A stretch of 64,000 nt of DNA from Camelus ferus. Lineage: Eukaryota. Location: assembly GCF_009834535.1 (NCBI RefSeq), contig NC_045696.1:53260001-53324000 (forward strand), in the 5' to 3' direction. Below are positions 51,241 to 61,960 of this stretch, in pieces. Numbering within the stretch: position 1 is the stretch's first letter; each line of letters opens with the position of its first letter. The translations under genes and the position numbers were made by a program. The notes beneath the pieces were generated by a model. That model did no database searches. It had not been told where the DNA came from and saw nothing but the letters and a program-made list of their open reading frames with translations.

Positions 51241-52933
51241 AAAAATATAACAATGGTATTACAACAGCGTAAAAAAGCGTCTAAGTAGGTTGGCAGTCTT
51301 AGCACATGGTTAGTGGTTGAGATCACTTCTTGACATCACCCATACTGATAACAGTCCTTTCTGCTGCCATGCTGTTGGAGAACACTGAAGATCCTCTTCC
51401 CAATCTCATGGTAGAGAAACTCGAGCAGTTGGGAGTTGTTACTGAGAACAATTAAATTCTGTGTACTATGGTTTTAGTGCCTTTCTTATTAACACTGGTC
51501 TCCATTACCAGGCTCTTCGGTCAAAAGTTAATTTCCTCATCCTTGTTTCTAGAACCCACATCAAATCTTGCTTTTCATTATTAAGCTCTAGGAACTTTCT
51601 CCTTCTAAGTGAAACAATAGGGGAAAGAAATTGGAGGATCTGAACCAATTTATACCAAGACGCCAGGATGTGAGATAACAGTTTAATATGTCTCAAATAT
51701 ATGCATAAGGGACAATATCCTCTTCCTCACAAAGAGGTCTCTGCCCAGTAGATGAAGAACATGTTTTGATTTGGACCACCTCTGTGTCCTTCAAATCACA
51801 TTTTCTAAGCCTTCAAGTGGCAAATGCTCATTATTTGGAAGTGCCCCCTGCACCATTTCAAGCTGCTAAAATAGCAGCAGCATAGTCTTAGAGATTGAAT
51901 GGCCTCAATTTAATGGATGTTTGGAGTTCTGCATTAAAACCCTAAACATCAAGAGCATGTGACATGCTTTACGACATATAGAAGCTGCATGGGGGAAATT
52001 TTCATGCAGCTACAATGAGCCAGGACATGCTCTATTGGAAGTACTGGATGCAAGAGAAATATAACTTTGCTCCCTTCCAGCTCCAACATTCTATGACGCT
52101 ATAATTCAGTGACTGTAGGATCATTTTCATGATTCAAGAGTCAATATTGATGGATTCCTTCCAAAGTGAAAATGTGAGAAAGAAAGTGAAGGAGAGATGA
52201 AAAGTAGTTCCATTATGGGTTAAGCATTTACAATACCAGGGAGATACAATTTGGGAACAAAGTAAGTGATGAAGTATGTAGGATTAACAAACAAAAGTGG
52301 GGAAATCAGAGGGGAAAAAAAAAAAAAGAACTGCAGTGACCATCCATCACTGATCCCTGGAGTGGAAGGCAAGAAAATGTGAAATTCTTGTACCTCCTTG
52401 TGATGTATTTGGAAAGACAGAATATCTTGCTCAGGGGAAACTTTAAAGAGTCAGACATCTGCTGTAGAGCAAACACAGTGAAACATGGGTCACTAAAGAG
52501 CCCCTATGATACCGAGAGGACAGGTTTGTGACCCTGAAAGTAGGCAATGCATGCAGAGCAAAAACCTACCCCAGATCTGCCACTGACTGGCCCGAAGGGA
52601 TTGATGGAGAATGTGAAAGCAATAAAATAATCACCAGGGTCCACTTGTTATTTATATTCTAATAGTAAAGAAAATAGCTTCTTAGGTTTCAGGTAATTTC
52701 CTAATACAAGTGTTTTAATGGAAACAGGATAGTCCCCTGAGGCAGCCAGTTTAGCCAAACATGGTCAGTAGAATGCATTGTGCTGTGTATAAAGTGACCT
52801 GTGATGCTGGCCTCAGGCAGTCTTTATGATAGATTCAGGTCACTCAGGGTTTACTGATAGCGTGGCTCTCTGTGTTGATTATTAGTGGCCAAGCATAAGA
52901 ACTATGCTTTCCATGCCTCATAAATGTCTTCAG

Positions 52934-53059
52934 CTTCCAAGAGGCACAGCCTGGATCAACACAACAGGAGCTGAAGACAGAATGCAGGTCACCCTGAACT
53001 GCACAGAGAGTCAGGATGAGCCGGCCTGCAGAGTCTGTTTTGGTTTCAAGCACATCCAG
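52934..53059 (+). other. Candidate 126-nt exon
   Basis: 'atgtcttcag|CTTCCA...ATCCAG|gtaggg'. It is open in phase 0 for 42 codons (LPRGTAWINTTGAEDRMQ...FKHIQ). I do not recognise the peptide. Confidence 0.2.
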
Positions 53060-53869
53060 GTAGGGATTCTTCGGCCACAAGATCTTCAAATGAACCTGGG
53101 TAGTTTTCAATTATAGCATCACTGTATAGACATTGTGAGAGAGTAAGTTTATTATTCATAAGTTTGAGGGAAGCTACATAATATGTGAAAATCTCCCTGC
53201 CACAATCTTAAGGTAATAGTTGTGCAAAAGGCAACATTTTAAGAAATACATGGATTTAAACTATAGCTCGATAAGCTCACCAATGTAGCTTATCACCAAA
53301 AAGAATTAAACAAAAAAATTAGCAGGAATGTGTGATCACATCAGAGTAGCGATACTACCACGCCTCACTAAATGCCAGGTAGTTTTGCCATATGGATTGG
53401 CTACAAGTATTAGGTCATAAGTGCACTGTACTTCCGCTTTTAGTCCAACCCAGCTGTTACTTTATAGATGCAGACAAGAGACGTGCATAAAGATTTGAGT
53501 GGAAAAAAGACTGTAAAATTCTAAAAGGAAAAGCAAATCACCCAGAATTCCCCTAGTCATTTATGGCTTGTGGGACAAGATAAGTCTAACACAAAGTGGA
53601 ATAACTGATATCAATCAGTCATTTGGCTATCAAGCCAAAGCAGAGTTGAGGGGAGAAAACATTATGTAGCAACTCAATGCAAATTTGCAAAGATATTTGA
53701 GAAGCCCTTCAACAGAGGAGATTTTATTTAACCATATCCTGTTTCTAAAGAAATCTCTACCTCCAGCCTTTTCCATTCCACCTCCTATAATCATCATATC
53801 TGACACTCACTTAATGCCAACATCTGGAACTTCCCCCCCATTGACTCCAACTCTAATTCTCATGCAAGC

Positions 53870-54070
53870 TCTATAATAATTGAATAATGACTATGTATCA
53901 AGACACAAAATGTATCAGGTGTATAAGTATATTTAACCCATACGACAACCTTAAGAGGTAAGCATTATTATTCTTATGTTAAAGAGGAGAAAACTAGGAA
54001 GATACATATTTATGTAGTCAGTTTAATACTCAAGGTTCAAAGCTAGATCTGGCTAACTCAACATTTCCAG
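53870..54070 (-). mobile_element. MIR SINE
   Basis: 'atttaacccatacgacaaccttaagaggtaagcattattattcttatgttaaagaggagaaaactagg'. Confidence 0.6.
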
Positions 54071-54255
54071 CAGCGAAACAATGAAAAAGAGAAAAATAGG
54101 TTTCCTTAAATTCATTTAGACCTCACTCTCTGAGTTCTATATATTTAAGGAACTGCAGACATTTGTTAAAACTTGCTTTAATTTCTTTTAGGCTATAAAC
54201 AAGTAGACTGTGTTTCCTGTGTCTGTGTGTCTGTGTATACACACGTGCATGTACG

Positions 54256-54375
54256 TATTTTATTTGTTCAACAAATATCTTTTGGACACATGATTCTGTG
54301 CTAGGCACTGTGCCAAGTACTATGGATAAAAACGACAGATATGGTCTCTGCTCTCATAAAGATTGCCACCTAACT
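54256..54375 (-). mobile_element. L2 3' terminus
   Basis: 'tttgttcaacaaatatcttttgg...tgtgctaggcactgtgccaagtactatggata...gacagatatggtctctgctctcat'. Confidence 0.68.
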
Positions 54376-55679
54376 GCCTGCTCTGCTTGATGAGGTAAAG
54401 CTATTTAAAACCAAATAGCAGCCTGTGCATTAAAATATGGAGGAAGTTGATTCGCAGTGATTTATAAAGGGAAATATGTAGCTGTGTGTGGGATCAATCA
54501 TATGTGAGAGATCAACCGTATGTGAAAGATCAACGGTCTCATACTATTGTTGACATCCTCATCATTACTAGAGTTATAAAATAATTTTATTATTGTAAAA
54601 TTGGAGAAATCAGAATTCTGTAGGGCTGTCAACCCCTAGAGCAGGGGTCACTTGAAGAAATGAGAGGAACTAGACACCTGTCCCCAGGTTCAGGACTTAG
54701 GGTATGTCAATCTTCTCTTTTCTGTAAATGAGCAGAGAATTAATTACCTTATTTTAATGACAATCATTGAAACGGGATGTCTCCAGTGACTTCCAGAAAC
54801 AGGCAAACTGGGATGGATACTTAATCATATTCAGTAATAAACTGTGCTCAAGATTTCACTGATTTCCATAATTTCAGTTTTTAGATTTTTATGTTTCCCC
54901 TAATTTCCAAATAATGTTACATTTTAGAACATCTTTTTTTTTTCCTGTGATTGATCTGAGGGAGAAAAAAACATTTTGTTAATACCTAGATAATACCCCA
55001 GGAAGTAGTATCTAGTAAGTGTTCCCTAGCATTCAGCATGGCAGTGTCAGCCGCTGGTCCTGTACTAAGCCTAGATGAGCTGATGTAACTAGATGATGAA
55101 AAAACAAGAAGTAAAACAAAACAGAGACACACAAAACAGAATTAGGGATAGTTTTAAAACCACTGACTGCTCCCTCCTGGAGTGTTCCTTTACTATGAAT
55201 GCCATACTTGGTGAATAAATAAATATGGTATGCTATACACATAATCTAAAGGAAGAATGCATTTTGAAATGAGATGAAGAAGCCAAGAAGTATTCTAAAC
55301 ATTAAGAAGTCAGAGTGTAAATTATTAAAATTAACACACATCCTAAAAGAGTTAGACTCTGGAACCTCAGGCAAAACTTATGAAAAAGAAAATTACCTTT
55401 TAATTGCAAATAACCATATTGCCACAGATAAGCATTTCATGAAGATGGGTACTACTTTGCATTGTTAGATGTTCCTATTAATGAGATTTTTAAATTTTAT
55501 GTGCACCATGTATGCCCAATGAGTTTTTCCCCTTACAACCAGAACAAATGATTTATTTCTCAAGGGCTGGCTGTGTCTCATCAGATAGAGTTCTAATACC
55601 TCTCTATAGTTTGCCTGGGTATCTGTGGGCTTTTGGAGCCAATTCCTATTTCTATTTTCATTGTTATTAATTATCAATA

Positions 55680-55800
55680 TGAATCACAGAATTTTAGAGA
55701 TGAAACAATCCATACAGATCATTATCCTCCATCTTACAAAGGAGGTTACTGAAAACCAGAGAGGCTATATGTGTTGCCACTTGTCACTCAGGTATTTCAG
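55680..55800 (-). mobile_element. MIR3 fragment
   Basis: 'gaatcacagaattttagagatgaaa...gatcatt...catcttacaaaggaggttactgaaaaccagagagg'. Confidence 0.6.
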
Positions 55801-57108
55801 GCAGGCTTTGGAAATTATTCATTCAACAAATATTCAATAAGTACCTACCATGTGCTGGTTTGAGTTCTACATCTATCTATCCTAGAATAGTGGTCTCCTG
55901 ACACATCCTCCAGAGTCTCCTTCCCTCTCCCAATACCTTTAAATCTGTATGTTCATTTATTCACCAGAATAAGAATAAATAGTACAACAAATCCCTCTAC
56001 CCCTAAAATCAGGCCCTGGACTTGGTAGATAAACTAATATAGATGATTTATTTGTGTACAGTTTTGAAAAATATCCAGAGATGTTCTTAATTTATGTTAA
56101 AAGCAATAACACAGAAAATCAGCTTTCCGCAACATCAGAAAAAACCCAAAGTATTGCTCGAAGAATGCAGGGCAAGTGCATTTTCCAGTTTTGCTGAGAG
56201 CTATGCACTGAGCATTAAAGTGCTGATCATTTTATAATTACAAGATAGAACAAAGTGATCATAATAATAATCCTCCCTTCTACTCACTCTTCATGAAATG
56301 AGCCTTGATGATGAAGGTCAATCACTGGCTGTCATGTACACAACTTGCCTCTTCTTCCCTATCCCCATCCTTAACTTGAAGAAGCATTTTCACAGTTGGT
56401 AGGTCAGTCAAATAATTGCTTCAGAAAACAAATATTGGCTCTCTTTAGACTAACAGGCAAATTCATTAAGGTCTAGTTTAACGTGGTCAGGCAGTAACAA
56501 TGTATGTGTAGAGAACTGACACTCACTGCAGTTGAAGGATTTGATCATTTACATCAGGGTAGCATTCCCATTCTTTCTTCCTTGTACTATCTAGCCCAGC
56601 CTCTGCCTTTTGCCCTCTCCCCTTCTTGGTCTCTCTCTATCTCTCTGTCTTTAGAATATTCAGATATATTTCTTTTCATGAATTTCAAGAGTTCCTATCT
56701 TAAAAATAACCCACACAATGGATTTTAAGAACACAAACTGAAGCTAATGGAACAGTACCAAAGGGCAAGTATACGGTCAAAACTAAGAGGACAGGATCAT
56801 TGCTCCATTGTGTACCCATACTAGAACCCGGGAAATTTGCAGTGGATTTCAGGTTTTCTTTTTCTCCTATTTATAATCTTAACAATTAGAAACAGAAATA
56901 CTGTATTTTGAAGATGAAGAAATATAGCAATGTGAAAAATGGAGAAAAAAGCAAATGAGAGATGGAAAGAGGGGCAGAGCATGATAGCTATAAAGAACTA
57001 AACAAGATGAAAAATATTACTGTGCAGCACTTACTCAATTTTTTTTTAACACTTCCAGACTTGGAAGTATGTATATGGGAGAAGTAGAAAATGAAGGTCT
57101 TGGATATG

Positions 57109-57228
57109 TAGAGTGATCACACATCTCAGCTTGCCTGGCACACCTGTTCCCAAAGCATAATTATTGGTAGTGCTCCTTCCACTCTCAAAAGTGTCACAGT
57201 TCAAACCATAAATTATATAGTCACTCTA
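57109..57228. mobile_element. MER94-like hAT-Blackjack MITE
   Basis: Perfect 8-bp terminal inverted repeats tagagtga (57109-57116) / tcactcta (57221-57228). The internal 'ataattattggtagtgctccttccactctcaaaagtgtcacagtt...ataaattatatagtcac' matches MER94. Confidence 0.75.
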
Positions 57229-57997
57229 AGGACAGAAATTACTCACATAGGTTGGTAATTTTACAAATTAATAAGATCTATCTCATTCCTCATTTATAGC
57301 CCATTGTTTATTATATAGACAAAGGATAATGTTCTCCTCATGCCTGAATACAGTGAATTTCATTCCAGTCAGAATAAACTTAGCCACAATTGTGTTCTTG
57401 GCAACCTCTTGATGGTGGACAAGGCGAATCCCTAGCCCAGCACCAACATACAAATAGCCCAGCGTACTTGGTATTATGACTTCACTGTCTTGTGTTCAGC
57501 TTCCTTTCTCTTTAACAAGGCACCTGACATTCAAAGTTTGGTTCATCCTAGCCTACATAAGGGAAAGGGCAGTAGTAATTAGAAACAGCTCCATTGCTAG
57601 GAATAGGTGTTCTCCCTGTGTTCTTAATAGTAAATTAAAAGTACATGACTGTGAAACCAAGAATTACCCTTCACTCCATTGCATTGAAGGCATTAGTTAT
57701 AGGCATTTTCTACTGGTGAAGCAATCTAACCACCAGTATTCATTCCCAGTCACAGAACTAATCCTTACTAGAAGCTGTTTCCAAAAACAGCTTTTTTTAA
57801 CCTACTTCTTCCATGAAAATTTTTAAATCAATCAAATGACATTTGAAAACATCAAAAATTCCCTGATGAGGATGAGGGACCACTCAGTCACTGCTTGTGA
57901 TAGTCTGAACTCTAAAACCTGTTTGGAAATTAATTGGAGTAACTGTTACATTTAAAACATGTACTGCTTTTGACAAGCAAATCCCACTTTTGTAATC

Positions 57998-58240
57998 AGC
58001 ATAATGGTTAGGAGAGCAGGCTCTGGATACTGACTGCTGGTGTTTGAATCGTGGCTCAGCCTTGTAGCAGAAGTGTGACTTTGGGCAAGTTATTTAAACT
58101 CCCTGGACCTCAGTTCCCTCCGCTGTATCCCACTATATTGGGATAAAAACTAAACCTACTGTATAGGACTGTGGGAAATAAACATAACATGCTTAGAAAA
58201 GTTCTGACCTAAAAGCAGTCAAAAACAGCTATTATTATCA
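57998..58240 (+). mobile_element. Near full-length MIR
   Basis: 'agcataatggttaggagagcaggctctgga...tttgaatcgtggctc...tgtgactttgggcaagttatttaaactccctggacctcagttccctc...agctattattat'. Confidence 0.75.
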
Positions 58241-58509
58241 TGATTTAGAAATAAAAGCAGCAACACACAAGGATTATATTGAAAGTGTATTATATTGTTT
58301 CCCAGTGGGAAAAAAAGGAACTACTGGATGTCCATCAAGATGAGGATGGTTAAATACATAATCCATACTGTGGAACATGATATACTAATTTTTTTTAATG
58401 AGTTAGATATGTATCTATTGTCTTTGCTTGGGTTGTTCAGTATGAAAAGCAAACTATAGACTTATTTTCTCAGTATCATTTCACTATTTAAAAACCAAAA
58501 TAGAGTGTA

Positions 58510-58657
58510 AAGGTTATAGCTCAATGGTAGAGTGTCTGCTCAGCATGCACAAGGTCCTGGGTTCAATCCCCAGTCCCTCCACTAAAAAATAAATAAGTAA
58601 TAAATAAACCTAATTACTTCCCTCCCCAAAAGAAAAAAAATTAAAAACAAAAGAAAA
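58510..58657 (+). mobile_element. tRNA-Ala-derived camelid SINE (vic-1 type)
   Basis: tRNA-like head with A box 'tagctcaatgg' (58517-58527), 'cagcatgcacaagg' and B box 'ggttcaatccc' (58560-58570). It is followed by 'aaaaaataaataagtaataaataaacctaattacttccctcccc' and an A-rich tail. Confidence 0.88.
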
Positions 58658-58668
58658 TAACCAAATAA

Positions 58669-58995
58669 TTGTTCTACAAATAATTTTGGAGCACTGACGG
58701 CCAGACACTATTATAGCACTGAATTACAGTGGTAATAAAAACAGACACAAAATGTGACCCTCAAGAAGCTTACATTCTAGTGGAGAGGGGCCCACAAAAA
58801 AACAAAACATATAGTATGTCTGATGATGATAAATGCTGGAGGGAAAAAAAAATCAAGCAGTGTGGTTACACATTGGGAGCACCTTAGGAGGCAATGGTGG
58901 TTGGAGGAATCCTAATTTTAAATAGGGTGATTAGGACATATCTCTCAGGGGAAAAAGAGATATTTGAGCAGAATCCTAAAAAGAGGTGAAAAGTA
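58669..58995 (-). mobile_element. L2 3' fragment
   Basis: 'ggccagacactattatagcactg...aacagacacaaaatgtgaccctcaagaagcttacattctagtggagag...tttaaatagggtgattagg...atatttgagcagaatcctaaa'. Confidence 0.68.
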
Positions 58996-60991
58996 AAGTA
59001 TATTTCTATGTTTTCTGATCATGTGTATATGTTTGTATATTTTGTATGAACATGAAGAAACATAATAGAGAATATACCACAGTATTAAGTTCAATAACTT
59101 CAGGAAGGATCGAGATGGGGAGGGGTCAAGGGTAAGGAAGGTTATGAAAGTCTTCTTTTCATATTTTATTGGTACAAATGTTACTTTTGACATTAAAATT
59201 AAGCAAATTAGAGCAAAGAAGAAGTAAATGGAGGGATGGGAAATACCAAAATTCAGATTAATATATTTCCTGACACCGCACATAGTAGGTGCTCAGTAAA
59301 CACAGGCGGAACTGAAATATTAACGTGTCCAGGTATCACACAAGTACTCTCCAGGGTTTGGCAGATAAGGCAACTGAGGCCAACAGAGGTCAAATGTTGG
59401 TTGAGGGCACACACATTTTAATTGCCGACAATGCATACTGGACACCAATTTGTATTCAATGAATTTACCTAAAGAACATGCTCAGTACTTTTTGTAAAGA
59501 TGTTTCCTCTTTAGACCTGAAGCCTGCCTGAGAGTCTGTGGAAACAGTTCCATAAAGGAAGGAAGGATGTGGGAGTTGGCTTGGGGGAGGAGAGTATAAA
59601 AAAGAGCCACAGTACTGACAGTGAAGGCAGCACACCTGCCGTGTCCTTCACACCATACAATTGATGATTAGTTTGAAATGTGCCTTTGTTTCTTCTCTGT
59701 ACCCCACCCTCCAGTGGAGGTGCTGTGAAACAGGCAAATGATCAAAAGCTAAACATCTGAAGGGAGAAGAAACAGAATGAGGACACCTCAGAGGCCTCAG
59801 CCTCTGAATAATGGAAAGCTGGCTTCAGCACCTGACAAGGGAAATGCAGAAAGGGTTGGCCTTTGCTGTGTCAGGAAGGGATCCTAAAGAATTTTCCAGA
59901 GTCAGCACCATATTCACATGTGTACCCGTCCATCCCTAGCTCTCACATGATGTGTGATTATGCCCTTTCTCAACTGCATAGAAACAAAGCTCCTCAGCCT
60001 GGACTAAATGGACATTTTCTATTGATTAGAAGAATACGCCACTGAAAACTAAGAATGGGTGGCAGTGATGAACTCATTAGATAAATAGAAGCACAGCCCC
60101 CAAAGCTGTGGTCTTTTTATCTGCGTTGCTGCTGAAAACGTGAAAGATGCTACTGCTGTCCGGTACCATTCCCTCCTAACTGGCCGCTCCGGCTCACTCG
60201 GGATTTAGGTACATACATGTGGAGCTCTTGAAATGTTCAAAAGCAGTACTAACCAGAAGCCAAACAAAGACATTATCTCATTTCTTCTCAGGGACAAACA
60301 CCAACTAGCTCCTTATTTCAATATACCAATATCGGCAACATGTGGATATTATCTTCTTTCAGGTAACAGAGCATGAAAATATGGGCGATGAAGTCAGAGG
60401 CGATTTTAGCTAACCCTTTAGACCTCACAACATGATTTTTCATCAGTGCTGTAATTTGCTTAAAAGGTTAATCAGGCTTCCCCAGATGTACACTCAGAGA
60501 ATGCAGACCTCTACTCTAGGTATTTAAGCAAAAAGTTCCACCTGTCCTAAAAGATCCTGACTTCTCTGACATTTCCACCATTAAGGTTAATTTTCAACAG
60601 AGGGGACTCTTTAAAAACCACTTAACATGAATGTGGAGTTGGTTATCAAAATATCTGGATGAGAATAAGGTTCTGATAATGTGTACAGAGAGAGCTGGGA
60701 TGGGAAAGGAGGTGAGACAGTTTCAGAGCACAAGACTTTTCAGTCAAGGCCAAGTGGAATGGGAGTGTTTGGTGGGGAGCCAGGGGCCCCTCGTGGAGGG
60801 CAGTGCAAAGAGAAACTGAGAACCAGCAACAGAGGCACAGGTGAGGACAGGAGTGGGAAAAGGCGAACCAGCCTTGTTTATAATGTGAGCTAGAGACAGC
60901 TCTAACGGTGGGTCATTAAATAAATCTCCTTTGACGTTTTAAGGTCTAATATGGAAATATTCTGTTAAATAAAAATACAGACTTCCTTTAC

Positions 60992-61018
60992 CTCGCTTCT
61001 CCAGAGACTGTGGTTTGC
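60992..61018 (-). other. Candidate 27-nt frame-preserving microexon (host gene unidentified)
   Basis: Minus strand reads 'gaatgttttactttcag|GCAAACCACAGTCTCTGGAGAAGCGAG|gtaaag'. Acceptor and donor are good, the length is divisible by 3, all frames are open, and the context is non-repetitive. Confidence 0.3.
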
Positions 61019-61749
61019 CTGAAAGTAAAACATTCAAATAACTATCTCTTTAATCACTAACACGTGCTTTCGTTTTAATAGTTTTTCTTGTAACTAATTA
61101 TAAAATACATCAATTAATTATTTTTTTAGTCCACAAATATTCCATTCCAGCAAGCATCAACTGTTTTGCTGCCTTATACGATGCAGTAAAAGGACTTTCA
61201 TGGGGTCTCTTAGTGTATATACATAGGTTATTTGTCCCAGTGAGGACTGACTCAAACCCTGTCCTAAGTTTGTTTAGTTTTTTCCCTTTGTCATTAGTTA
61301 CACACAGAAATGCTTGCACCTTTTTATAGGATTTGGAATAATTTCATTTCCAACCCGGTTAAGATTATGAATATAGTTCACTTTCTAAAATTCATTCAGC
61401 CGGGCTCTGTACCCTCAGAGTCTTGACTACTTGTTATTGTGGTCAAAATACTTTCTGGATGGTGGTGATTAGTTCTAGTCTGACCTCTGGTTAACCTGGG
61501 TATGATACTTCAGTGAAAACATAAGGCTACTGAGACAGAGATGTAGCTGCAGGCAAACCAGAGGAAATGAGGATTAATAATGCCATACGCCTGGGAATGT
61601 GATTAAGTTATAAAAAGGGTTGGGTGACCTAACTGGGAAAATTAAGACAAAGATAAATTATATTCCTCTACTCTTGCTGAATTATTCAAAATGATCAATT
61701 AACTCAGGCTAGTTCTGCCCATAAGAGTTAGAGTTTGAACCATATAATT

Positions 61750-61960
61750 ATGGTACTTGATGATATTTAATTTAGCACTTTATTATAAACTGTCTTGGTA
61801 TTGTTATTTAATTGCTTCATGGTCACAAGTTTTATTTCCTTAACAGGACTGTACACACCTTGAAGGCAGGGATCAAGTCTTCCCACAATGTGGGTTTTTC
61901 CACAGCTCCTTAGACAATCCAGTGCATGTAGAGGACACTACAATTTGGCACTAAATTGCA
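61750..61960 (+). mobile_element. L2 3' fragment
   Basis: 'ggactgtacacaccttgaaggcagggatcaagtct...ccacagctccttagacaatccagtgcatgtagaggacact'. Confidence 0.5.

Larger units (their letters stand above)
57830..59210 (+). mobile_element. Fragmented old L1ME-like element hosting later insertions
   Basis: Collinear L1 blocks: 'tttgacaagcaaatcccactttt' (57970), 'gatgtccatcaagatgaggatggttaaatac...atccatactgtggaac' (~58330) and a 3' UTR-like block at 59000-59200. MIR, vic-1 and L2 pieces lie between them. Confidence 0.55.

Noticed and set aside
51370..51456. Short ORF MLLENTEDPLPNLMVEKLEQLGVVTENN with gccATG context
   Set aside because: It has only 28 codons and no promoter or splice evidence, which is expected by chance.
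54492..54537. CRISPR-like array
   Set aside because: The units are contiguous and degenerate with no unique spacers, there are no cas genes, and the DNA is mammalian.
58510..58582. tRNA-Ala gene
   Set aside because: The acceptor stem is degenerate, the anticodon arm is imperfect, a SINE-specific tail follows, and there is no oligo-T terminator. It is a SINE.
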